From positions 3,072,001 to 3,136,000 of the forward strand of contig CAVXGK010000002.1 of assembly GCA_963761305.1 (NCBI GenBank): 64,000 bases of DNA, read 5' to 3'. Source of the DNA: an uncultured Gemmatimonadaceae bacterium (GTDB lineage Bacteria; Gemmatimonadota; Gemmatimonadetes; Gemmatimonadales; Gemmatimonadaceae). The position numbers and the translations under genes were made by a program. Under the pieces are notes generated by a model. It searched no databases. It saw only the letters and a list, made by a program, of their open reading frames with translations, and was not told the origin of the DNA. The stretch's first letter is position 1, and each line of letters opens with the position of its first letter. Positions 39,478-47,605 of the stretch are shown one piece after another.

Positions 39478-41529
39478 GTGCAACGCGTGATCGCGTTCGT
39501 CGTCCTGGTCGGTTCGGCATCGTGTATTGGCCGCGGCGCACCGGTCCTCGTACCGGTGCGCATCGATTCGCTGCGCGAGCTGGCGACCGAACTGGTCGCC
39601 ACGCCGACGCGCCCGATCGTCACCGTGGACGCCGACCCGTTCCGTCGGCTGGGCCGGATGGACTGGCCGGGCCCGAACGAGTATCGCGGCGCCGACGGCG
39701 CGCCGGGTCCGGCATACTGGCAGCAACGCGCGGATTACACGATCGTCGCCACCCTCGACACAGCCGCGAAGAGGATCCGGGGCTCGGTGAGCATTCAGTA
39801 CACCAATAACTCGCCGGACACGCTTCGCTACGTCTGGATCCAGCTCGACCAGAATCTTTATCGTCCGGCGAGCAAAGGCGCCGCGATCTTTCCGCCGGAC
39901 TCGCGAGTTGCCGCGCGAGGTTTTCGAGGCGGCTACGAAGTCACGGGCGTCGAGGTGAACGGCCGCATCGCGGTCGGCCGCGAAGACGATACGATGATGG
40001 AGATCGAGCTCGAGTCGCCGCTCATGCCGCGCGGCGGCGTCGCGACCGTCGGCTTGCAGTACTCGTTCGAGGTGCCGGTGCTCGGCTCCGATCGCATGGG
40101 CCGCGACAGCGCGCTGTACGAGATCGCCCAGTGGTACCCGCGCATGGTCGTGTACGACGACGTGCGCGGCTGGAACACCGATCCCTACCTCGGGCAAGGC
40201 GAGTTCTACCTGGAGTACGGCAACATCGACTATTCGGTCACGGTACCTGCCGGGTTCGTCGTGGCCGGGAGCGGCGTGCTGCAGAATCGCACCGCGGTGC
40301 TGACGGCGACGCAGATCGATCGGCTCGACCGTGCGGCGCGATCGCCGACGGTCGTGCAGGTCATCAACGCCGACGAAGCCGCCGCCGCGCGGCGTCAGGC
40401 CGTGCCGGGAACGAAAACCTGGTGGTTCCACGCCGAGCACGTGCGCGACGTCGCCTGGGCCGCGGCGCCGGACTTTCGCTGGGACGCCGCCGGCTGGAAC
40501 GGTATCATCACACAAGCGCTATATCAGTTTCCGAAAGCCGGACGCGCCTGGGAGTCCGCCGCCGAGCAGACGCAGTGGTCCATTCGCACGTATTCCGGTC
40601 TCTGGATGCGCTATCCGTATCCACAGGCGACGACGGTGGCCGGCCCTGTCCATGGCATGGAGTATCCGATGTTCATCATGGCCGGGTACGGCGCCGCCGA
40701 CCCGGCGTCGATCTTCCCCACCGTCGATCACGAACAGGGCCACGAGTGGTTCCCGATGATCGTGGGTTCGAACGAGCGTCGCTACGCGTGGATGGACGAA
40801 GGCATCAACACCTATCAGAACGCGTTCTCCACCGAGCGGCGCTCGCCGGGCACCGACGCGTTTCCGGGCTACATGGCGAGTTGGCGCGCGGCGGTCGACA
40901 ACGGACGACAAGTGCCGCTCATGACACCGCCCGACCGCATCGACATCGACGGCCTCGGCGCCATCGGCTATCGCAAACCGGGAGCGGTGCTTCTGGCGTT
41001 GCGCGACGACGTCATCGGCCGCGAAACGATGGATCGCGCGATGCGCGAGTACGTGCGCCGCTGGGCGTTCAAGCATCCGACGCCCGGCGATTTTTTTCGC
41101 ACCGTGGAGAACGTGTCGGGCCAGGATCTCTCGTGGTTCTGGAACTCGTTCTTCTACGCGACCGACGTGCTCGACATCGCCGTCGATGCCGTCACCATGC
41201 GACAGGCCAATGAGCAGAACGTCGCTGAGATCCATCTGCGCCGCGTGACGAGCGTGCCGTTTCCCGTGACCATGCGGCTCAAGTTCAACGACATGACGAC
41301 GCAAGACGTGCGGTTGCCGGTCGAGATCTGGTCGCGCGGCGACCGTTACATGGCCAGCATCATCGTGCAACGACCCGTCGTCGGTGTGCGCTTGTGGCCC
41401 GACCAGAGCGTGCCCGATTTCAACGCGGCGAACGACGTCTGGGGCGACGCCCCGCCGGCCGATGTCCGGCCCGCGTCCACCGCCGGCGGCATCGTGCCCC
41501 CTATTCCGCCGCCGCCCGATCGACGCTAG
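39478..41529 (+). CDS. M1 family metallo-aminopeptidase (second paralog), probable lipoprotein
   Basis: GTG start after GGAGGA. GSASC lipobox-like, PGPAYWQQ, AQWYPR, GMEYPM, HEQGHEWF, WMDEG, WAFKHP. Confidence 0.88.
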   Translation: MQRVIAFVVLVGSASCIGRGAPVLVPVRIDSLRELATELVATPTRPIVTVDADPFRRLGRMDWPGPNEYRGADGAPGPAYWQQRADYTIVATLDTAAKRIRGSVSIQYTNNSPDTLRYVWIQLDQNLYRPASKGAAIFPPDSRVAARGFRGGYEVTGVEVNGRIAVGREDDTMMEIELESPLMPRGGVATVGLQYSFEVPVLGSDRMGRDSALYEIAQWYPRMVVYDDVRGWNTDPYLGQGEFYLEYGNIDYSVTVPAGFVVAGSGVLQNRTAVLTATQIDRLDRAARSPTVVQVINADEAAAARRQAVPGTKTWWFHAEHVRDVAWAAAPDFRWDAAGWNGIITQALYQFPKAGRAWESAAEQTQWSIRTYSGLWMRYPYPQATTVAGPVHGMEYPMFIMAGYGAADPASIFPTVDHEQGHEWFPMIVGSNERRYAWMDEGINTYQNAFSTERRSPGTDAFPGYMASWRAAVDNGRQVPLMTPPDRIDIDGLGAIGYRKPGAVLLALRDDVIGRETMDRAMREYVRRWAFKHPTPGDFFRTVENVSGQDLSWFWNSFFYATDVLDIAVDAVTMRQANEQNVAEIHLRRVTSVPFPVTMRLKFNDMTTQDVRLPVEIWSRGDRYMASIIVQRPVVGVRLWPDQSVPDFNAANDVWGDAPPADVRPASTAGGIVPPIPPPPDRR

Positions 41530-41630
41530 TGTCGAGAGCGTCAGGTGGTCGTCATTGATGGCAGCGACCCAGGTTACGGCTTAAATTATCTATCTTGGTC
41601 GTTCCCGCCTTCTCAGAATTCGGAGTCGCA

Positions 41631-42380
41631 ATGCCCGGTTTCGGCGTGTGGGCCGCGCGTTGGTGGATGCCTGTGGTATTCATCCTCGTCGCCGGACACC
41701 TCACGAACGTGTGTGTCACGCTCTTCTTGCATCGGTCGCAGACCCATCGCGGCGTGCGTCTGCACTACTTCGCGGCGCTCCCGATGCGCCTCTGGCTCTG
41801 GCTCACCACGGCGATCGTCACCAAGGAGTGGGTCGCCTGTCATCGTAAGCACCACGCTTTTGCCGATCGCGAAGGCGACCCGCACAGTCCGCTCCTCGAG
41901 GGACTTCGGAACATCGTCTTCAAGGGCGCTTTCTATTACCGGCGCGCGATCCGCCAGCCCGGCATGCTCGAGAAGTACGGCAAGGGCACCCCGAACGACT
42001 GGATCGAGCGGGCTCTCCTCAGCCGCCTGAACTGGCTCGGCATCGTCATCATGCTAGTGCTCGACGTCTATCTGTTCGGCTTCTTCGTCGGACCGCTCGT
42101 CTGGGGCGTGCAGATGATGTGGATTCCGTTCTGGGCCGCGGGCATCGTGAACGGCGTCGGCCACGCGCTCGGTTATCGCAACTTCCCGGTGAAGGACGAA
42201 AGCCGGAACATTACGCCGATCGCGATCTGGCTTGGCGGCGAAGAGCTCCACAACAACCATCACGCCGATCCCAAGTCCGCGCGCTTTGCCGCGCGCTGGT
42301 TCGAATTCGACATCGGCTGGGTCTACATCCGGCTTCTGCAGTTCTTCCGGCTGGCGAAGGTCGACTACGCTCGCGAGTAG
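41631..42380 (+). CDS. Acyl-CoA (delta-9-type) fatty acid desaturase
   Basis: His boxes LHRSQTH, HRKHH and LHNNHH; GDPHSP; FDIGW. Confidence 0.9.
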   Translation: MPGFGVWAARWWMPVVFILVAGHLTNVCVTLFLHRSQTHRGVRLHYFAALPMRLWLWLTTAIVTKEWVACHRKHHAFADREGDPHSPLLEGLRNIVFKGAFYYRRAIRQPGMLEKYGKGTPNDWIERALLSRLNWLGIVIMLVLDVYLFGFFVGPLVWGVQMMWIPFWAAGIVNGVGHALGYRNFPVKDESRNITPIAIWLGGEELHNNHHADPKSARFAARWFEFDIGWVYIRLLQFFRLAKVDYARE

Positions 42381-42517
42381 ACGCTCGCGAGCAGTCGCTC
42401 GAGCTGGGGCCTAAGAGACGATGGTGAAGCTGCGGGCGGCCTTTGCGGGCCGCCCGTTGTGTTTGGCGCGCGGCCTGGTACGACGGCGCGCTTAGATTTT
42501 CGAAAATCAGGAGACCT

Positions 42518-42796
42518 ATGTCCGAAATCACGTGTGCGCACTGCGGACAGGTGAAGACCGCGTTCGAGCGGCCTCCCTTCCCCGGTGCGATCGGCCAGCG
42601 CATCGTCGAACACATCTGCCAGGATTGTTGGGCACTGTGGCTGCGGCAGCAGACGATGCTGATCAATCACTACGGGTTGAACGTCATGGACCCGCAGGCG
42701 CGGAACTTTCTCAAGCAGAACATGCAGGCGTTCCTCTTCAAATCGGGCGCGGAAGAAGAGGTCGATACGTCCAAGAAAGGCACGATTCAGTGGTGA
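42518..42796 (+). CDS. yggX: Fe(II)-trafficking / oxidative damage protection protein
   Basis: PPFPG..GQRI.EHIC..CW..W...QTMLIN. SD AGGAG. Confidence 0.88.
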   Translation: MSEITCAHCGQVKTAFERPPFPGAIGQRIVEHICQDCWALWLRQQTMLINHYGLNVMDPQARNFLKQNMQAFLFKSGAEEEVDTSKKGTIQW

Positions 42797-44691
42797 GGTT
42801 GCTCGACCGTGTGCGATGCGGGCGACGCGGCGCGACTGTCGCCGCCCTCGCGGCGGCGATCGCGTGCGCTCCGTCCGCCGCGAACGGCCCGGCGCCGGCG
42901 AGCGGCGCAACGCCGGCCAGCCATTCCGCGTGGGCGGACTCGGTCCTCTCGACGATGACGCCGCGCGACAAAGCGGCGCAGCTCGTCTGGCCGCAGCTCC
43001 TCGGTGATTACACGCCGACGTCGAGCAGCGCCTGGACGCGCGTCGAACAGTTGATCGCACACGAACACGTCGGTGGTTTCATCATGTCGATCGGCTCGCC
43101 GATCGAGACGGCGGTCAAGCTCAACGCCATGCAACGGCTCAGCCAACTGCCGCTCGTCATCGGCGCGGACTACGAGACGGGTGTCGCGTTCCGACAGCGC
43201 GGCGGCTATTTCCTGCCGAACGACATCTATCTCGGCGGCGGGACCATGTTCCCGTACCAGATGGGGATCGGCGCGACGCGCGACACGTCGCTCGCGTACG
43301 ACGAAGGCCGCATCACCGCGCTCGAGGGCCGCGCGCTCGGTGTGCACATCGCGTTCGCGCCCGTGCTCGACGTCAACAACAATCCGGCGAATCCCGTCAT
43401 CGGGATGCGCTCGTTCGGTGAGGATCCGCACCTCGTCGCGGCGATGGGCGCGTCGTTCATTCACGGCGTGCAGGAACACGGAATGCTCGCCACCGGCAAG
43501 CACTTTCCGGGACACGGCGACACCGACGAGAATTCGCATCTGACGATCACCACGGTTCACGCGAGCCGCGCCCGGATCGATTCGGTGGAGCTCGTCCCGT
43601 TCGAGCGCGCGATCGCGGCCGGCGTGCAGGGCATCATGACGTTTCACGGCATCATCCCGGCGCTCGACACCGCGTCGGTGCCGGCGACGCTGAACCCCGC
43701 GATCATGACGGGGCTGCTGCGAAAGCGGCTCGGCTTCAAGGGGCTGCTCGTGACCGACGCGATGGACATGAGCGGTGTGCTCGCGCGCGTCACCGTGCCC
43801 GGCGCTCCCGCAGGACAGGCGACGAGCGGCAACTACGGCGGCACGCTTCGAAACGCACTGAGCATCGGCGAAGCGTGCAAGCTCGCCCTCGCCGCCGGCG
43901 CGGATATCCTGCTCATGCCGAGCGACGTTCCAGGAGCGATCGATGCCGTCGTCGACGGCGTGAAGGAAGGTCGATTCACGCAGGCGCGCGTCGACTCGTC
44001 GGTGCGACGTGTGCTGGAGATCAAAGAAGAGCTGGGGCTCCAGCGGCAGCGCTTCGTGAGCCTCGACAGCGTGCGGGCGATCGTCGGCGACAGCGCGCAT
44101 CTCGCCGTCGCGGCGGCCGCGGCTCAGCGTTCGATCACGCTCGCCAAGGATTCGCTGTCGCTCGTTCCGCTCGCACGCTCGGGCGACTCGGCGACGCGTC
44201 GGATCTTGTCCATCACGATTGCAGCGCGAACCGATCTGCCGGCGGGCGCCACGTTCAATGGAGAGCTCCGCCGATCACTGAACGTCCGCGCCGAGTTGGT
44301 GAATCCCGACGATCCGTCGACGAATTTCGATCGGCTGTTGGCGGCCGCCGACTCGTCGGACGTCACGATCGTGAGCTCCTATCTGTCGACCGGCACGAAC
44401 GTTTCAAATCCAAACGCGCCGGAGCCGATCGCGCAGTTCATGCGAGCGATGGTCGAACGCCATCCGCGCACGATCGTCGTCGCTTTCGGAAATCCATATC
44501 TGCTTCAACAGGTGCCGTCGTCGTCGACATACGTCGTCGGCTGGGGCGGATTCCCGGTATCACAGGCAGCCGCTGCGCGAGCGCTGCTTGGCGTCACACC
44601 GATCACCGGCCGACTGCCCATCAGCATTCCGCCGCTACTGCGGTTTGGTGCCGGACAAGACCGATCAGTTTCGGCGCGCACGTCGCCCTGA
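42793..44691 (+). CDS. GH3 beta-N-acetylglucosaminidase (NagZ-type, two-domain), probable lipoprotein
   Basis: ADYETG, FAPVLDV, RSFGED, KHFPGHGDT..NSH, TDAMDM. GTGA overlap with the yggX stop. Confidence 0.88.
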   Translation: MRLLDRVRCGRRGATVAALAAAIACAPSAANGPAPASGATPASHSAWADSVLSTMTPRDKAAQLVWPQLLGDYTPTSSSAWTRVEQLIAHEHVGGFIMSIGSPIETAVKLNAMQRLSQLPLVIGADYETGVAFRQRGGYFLPNDIYLGGGTMFPYQMGIGATRDTSLAYDEGRITALEGRALGVHIAFAPVLDVNNNPANPVIGMRSFGEDPHLVAAMGASFIHGVQEHGMLATGKHFPGHGDTDENSHLTITTVHASRARIDSVELVPFERAIAAGVQGIMTFHGIIPALDTASVPATLNPAIMTGLLRKRLGFKGLLVTDAMDMSGVLARVTVPGAPAGQATSGNYGGTLRNALSIGEACKLALAAGADILLMPSDVPGAIDAVVDGVKEGRFTQARVDSSVRRVLEIKEELGLQRQRFVSLDSVRAIVGDSAHLAVAAAAAQRSITLAKDSLSLVPLARSGDSATRRILSITIAARTDLPAGATFNGELRRSLNVRAELVNPDDPSTNFDRLLAAADSSDVTIVSSYLSTGTNVSNPNAPEPIAQFMRAMVERHPRTIVVAFGNPYLLQQVPSSSTYVVGWGGFPVSQAAAARALLGVTPITGRLPISIPPLLRFGAGQDRSVSARTSP

Positions 44692-44737
44692 CGCGACCGC
44701 CGCCGGTTCCCCCTCGGATCCGACACCAAGAAAGCAC

Positions 44738-44774
44738 AAAAAAGGAAGCGCCTCGACGCACGCCGAGGCGCTTC
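44738..44774 (-). terminator. Intrinsic terminator for csp (between convergent genes)
   Basis: gaagcgcctcg/cgaggcgcttc stem with an A-tract on its + strand 5' side, which is a U-tract on the minus strand. Confidence 0.8.
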
Positions 44775-44799
44775 GACTTTCGACTGTCGCCGTTCTCGG

Positions 44800-45009
44800 C
44801 TAGGACGCCTTGGTAACGTCAGCCGCCTGCGGCCCTTTTTGGCCCTGGACGATCTCGAACTCAACGCGATCTCCTTCCGCGAGCGACTTGAAACCGGCGC
44901 CCTGGATCGCGCTGAAGTGCACGAAGACATCCGGCCCGCCTTCGCGCGAGATGAAGCCGTACCCCTTTGCGTCGTTGAACCACTTCACGGTGCCTGTCAG
45001 ACGTGGCAT
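44800..45009 (-). CDS. Cold-shock protein (CspA family)
   Basis: [30 protein letters not shown]. Confidence 0.95.
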   Translation of the reverse strand: MPRLTGTVKWFNDAKGYGFISREGGPDVFVHFSAIQGAGFKSLAEGDRVEFEIVQGQKGPQAADVTKAS

Positions 45010-45208
45010 TGCAACGTTCCCCTTTCAAAAACTGGTAGTCGTGAACCCGGGCGTCCTGAGACGAACAGCGTCGTTCGGACCGGCAGGGCCCGATGCTGCC
45101 GCGGACCTCGGCCGTTCCATGGAACGCGCGCAAGTTTTGTGCACGCCGCAACCTCCGTTGTCTCCGTTGCGCTTGGTGCGGGCGCATCGAGAGCGGAAAC
45201 GAAACGGT

Positions 45209-45224
45209 TGTGATCGAGCTTACA
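45209..45224. promoter_or_regulatory. CRP/FNR-family box
   Basis: TGTGA-tcgagc-TTACA, one mismatch to TGTGA-N6-TCACA, intergenic and upstream of csp. Confidence 0.55.
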
Positions 45225-45254
45225 GTTGGATCTTGAAGTGCGCGGCGAGGGAGA

Positions 45255-45464
45255 TCAGGCCGCGCCCGCGATATAACGCGCAATCCTGCCGCACGTCTGG
45301 CAGCGAAGCGTGACCTGGGAACGCGGTGCCGGCGGGAACTGGCGCGGAGTTCGCTCGATTGGGCCCGAGCATGACGGGCAGCTGAGCGGTGAACCGGTAC
45401 GGTCGTTCGCGATCAAATTCAAAGCTTGCGCGGGATTGTACGTCGCTGGACGCGGCTTACGCAT
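45255..45464 (-). CDS. Zinc-ribbon microprotein (69 aa)
   Basis: CPSC...CQTC pair. Strong SD GAGGAG before the ATG. Confidence 0.7.
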   Translation of the reverse strand: MRKPRPATYNPAQALNLIANDRTGSPLSCPSCSGPIERTPRQFPPAPRSQVTLRCQTCGRIARYIAGAA

Positions 45465-45688
45465 TCGCCCCTCCTCAACAGCTAACAGCCCGGGAACAGC
45501 GGCGCCGGTTCGCCGAGTGCAGGTAACTCTCTACAACTGTAACGCTATAATTAGATGGAATTTATAGCGTGCCCCGTGGTCGGCGCGCGGAGCCGGATCA
45601 CATCCGGAGCGGCGGCTTCTTAGATACCACCGAAGGGCCGCAGGAGTTTCCTGACCCCCCATGGACAACGCGCACCAACCCGTCACTG

Positions 45689-46636
45689 TTATACCCCTGA
45701 AGCGCCAGTTTGGTCCCCTTGTTTCGGCGCCGAGCTGGGCAAGTGGGCCGTCAGCCAGTCTGAAACCAGGTCAAAAACCCGGTCTCGGCCGTAGTCCACG
45801 GTGATGATGTGCGCGGCCTCGGTCACCCACTCGAGTCGTTTTTCTCTCGCGCCGATCGCCGCGAATGCGCGCTCGGCGTCGCTCGTAGAGATGCGGTTGT
45901 CCTCGCGGGACTGCACCATCAGCGTCGGCGCCGCGACGCGTGACAACGCCTCGTTGGCCCGCTGAACTGTCTGTCGCAGAGCGCGCAGAGCGGCGGGGGT
46001 GAAGACCCCGTAGGCCAGACTCTTCGCACGTTCGACGGGATCGAGCACCGAGAACCCTTCGCTCGATTCGAACACCGGGATGATCGGGCCCCACAAACGC
46101 GACAGTCGCGCGGCTCGGTTCGCGCCGGGCCGCAACGCGAGATATGGCGCAAGCAGGCAGAGCGCGGGGAGCTGTGGCGCTTCGGCGGCGAGGCGGACCG
46201 CGATCGCTCCTCCCATCGACAGCCCAATGACCGCGACCCATTCGTGTTGCTGTTGCATCTCGCGATAGCTCGATCGAGCCGCGTTCATCCAGCCCGTCGC
46301 GCTCGTTCGCTTGAACGCTTCGAGCGATCTGCCATGTCCTGGCAGCAGCGGAGCTTCCACGTGGAACCCACGCGTGAAGAGCGCCTCGCCGAGATATCGC
46401 AGGGTCTGCGGAGTGTCGCCGGCTCCATGAATCAGCAGCACGGCCGGGGCGTCGGCGCGCGTGAGCGTGAATGGCTCCGCCCCGACGACGACTCCGTCCG
46501 CGCCGAGCGGGAGGTGGTCGGTAGACAGTCGCTCGATCGATCGAAGGTGCCACGCGCGAAAGGCGAGCCCGACGACGAGAGCGACGGCGACCGACGCGGC
46601 AAGGTAGACCATGCGCGAGTGTGAATGTGCGCGCAC
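45689..46636 (-). CDS. Alpha/beta-hydrolase (carboxylesterase / monoacylglycerol lipase-like) with N-terminal TM
   Basis: LLIHG, LPGHG, nucleophile GLSMGG, EDNRI, AAHII. The start could instead be 46612. Confidence 0.85.
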   Translation of the reverse strand: MRAHSHSRMVYLAASVAVALVVGLAFRAWHLRSIERLSTDHLPLGADGVVVGAEPFTLTRADAPAVLLIHGAGDTPQTLRYLGEALFTRGFHVEAPLLPGHGRSLEAFKRTSATGWMNAARSSYREMQQQHEWVAVIGLSMGGAIAVRLAAEAPQLPALCLLAPYLALRPGANRAARLSRLWGPIIPVFESSEGFSVLDPVERAKSLAYGVFTPAALRALRQTVQRANEALSRVAAPTLMVQSREDNRISTSDAERAFAAIGAREKRLEWVTEAAHIITVDYGRDRVFDLVSDWLTAHLPSSAPKQGDQTGASGV

Positions 46637-46715
46637 GCGTCGCGTGCGCCGGGACAGCGAGCGCGTCGAATATACATCCGGCGGCTACCGACCTACCCCG
46701 GCACTCTTCGTCGAA

Positions 46716-47456
46716 CTACTGCAGCGTCGCCTGCTCTTGCTCCTCGGGCACCGCCGCCAATGGCAGTTCCGCGTCCATGCCGCTGTCCAACCGCTCGGCG
46801 AGCTGCTCCGCCGGTGAGACGAGCAACATCTGCCCGCGACGCTCCACGAGCCCCCCGTGAATCAAGCGGCCAAGCACGAGCGAAACAGACTCGCGCGTCG
46901 CACCGACGAGCTCACACAGCAGGCGATAGCGCGCCGGGCACAGAACGATGCGCCCTTCCTCTCGCTCGAATGTTTCGTCACGCGCCATTCGGACGAGCGT
47001 CGCTACCACACGCTGCTCGACGCTGAGCGTGGTCAGCTCGCGCAGTCGATCCAGCAGCGATGCGCGTTCCGCCAATAGCTGGCTGATCAGCGCGAGTGAA
47101 TGCTGTGGCTGCTCGCGCACGAACGCGCGAAACCGAGCGGTGCTCAGAAAGAGCGTCTCGGCTTCCTCGTCTGCCCGAGCATCCGTCGCATATCGACGAG
47201 TCGACGAGAGTCCTTCAGAACCGAAGGTCTCGCCGGGTCCCGCGACACACGGCACGAACCCGCGTGACGCGCGAACGCGACTGCGCAACACCACCCGCCC
47301 CCGGGCCACGACGAACAGCCCATCCGCCGGCGCACCGCGCTGATAGATGCCGAATCCCGCTGGCCACGACGCATGCGCCGCATACTCACTGAGGGCGTCG
47401 CGATTCTCCTTCTCGAGACGCGCGCGACCGTAATCCATATCCGACAACTCCACCAT
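46716..47456 (-). CDS. Crp/Fnr family transcriptional regulator
   Basis: IYQRG..ADGLFVV.RGRV, GPGETFG, SVEQRV, HTH LCELVGATRESVS. Confidence 0.88.
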   Translation of the reverse strand: MVELSDMDYGRARLEKENRDALSEYAAHASWPAGFGIYQRGAPADGLFVVARGRVVLRSRVRASRGFVPCVAGPGETFGSEGLSSTRRYATDARADEEAETLFLSTARFRAFVREQPQHSLALISQLLAERASLLDRLRELTTLSVEQRVVATLVRMARDETFEREEGRIVLCPARYRLLCELVGATRESVSLVLGRLIHGGLVERRGQMLLVSPAEQLAERLDSGMDAELPLAAVPEEQEQATLQ

Positions 47457-47485
47457 CCTCTCAGCTTGCAACGATTTGTGGGGGG

Positions 47486-47501
47486 TGCAATGTCTGGGCC
47501 G
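47486..47501 (-). promoter_or_regulatory. Candidate sigma54 (-24/-12) promoter for the Crp/Fnr gene
   Basis: Minus strand CGGCCC-AGACA-TTGCA gives GG-N10-GC, about 30 nt upstream of the ATG. Confidence 0.5.
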
Positions 47502-47605
47502 CTCTTGACAGGCTCCGCTTTTCGACCTTCGTTCTGAAGTTTGATTCAAGGGAGGTCGGCACCTCCATTTCTTTCGGCTGAACCGGCTACGGAACAACGC
47601 ATTTC

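Noticed and set aside
45128..45143. Sigma54-like element GTGCAC-AAAAC-TTGCG upstream of csp (minus strand)
   Set aside because: It lacks the invariant GG at -24.
47540..47554. FNR box candidate TTGAT in the Crp/hydrogenase-like intergenic region
   Set aside because: Only a half site; there is no ATCAA at the N4 spacing.
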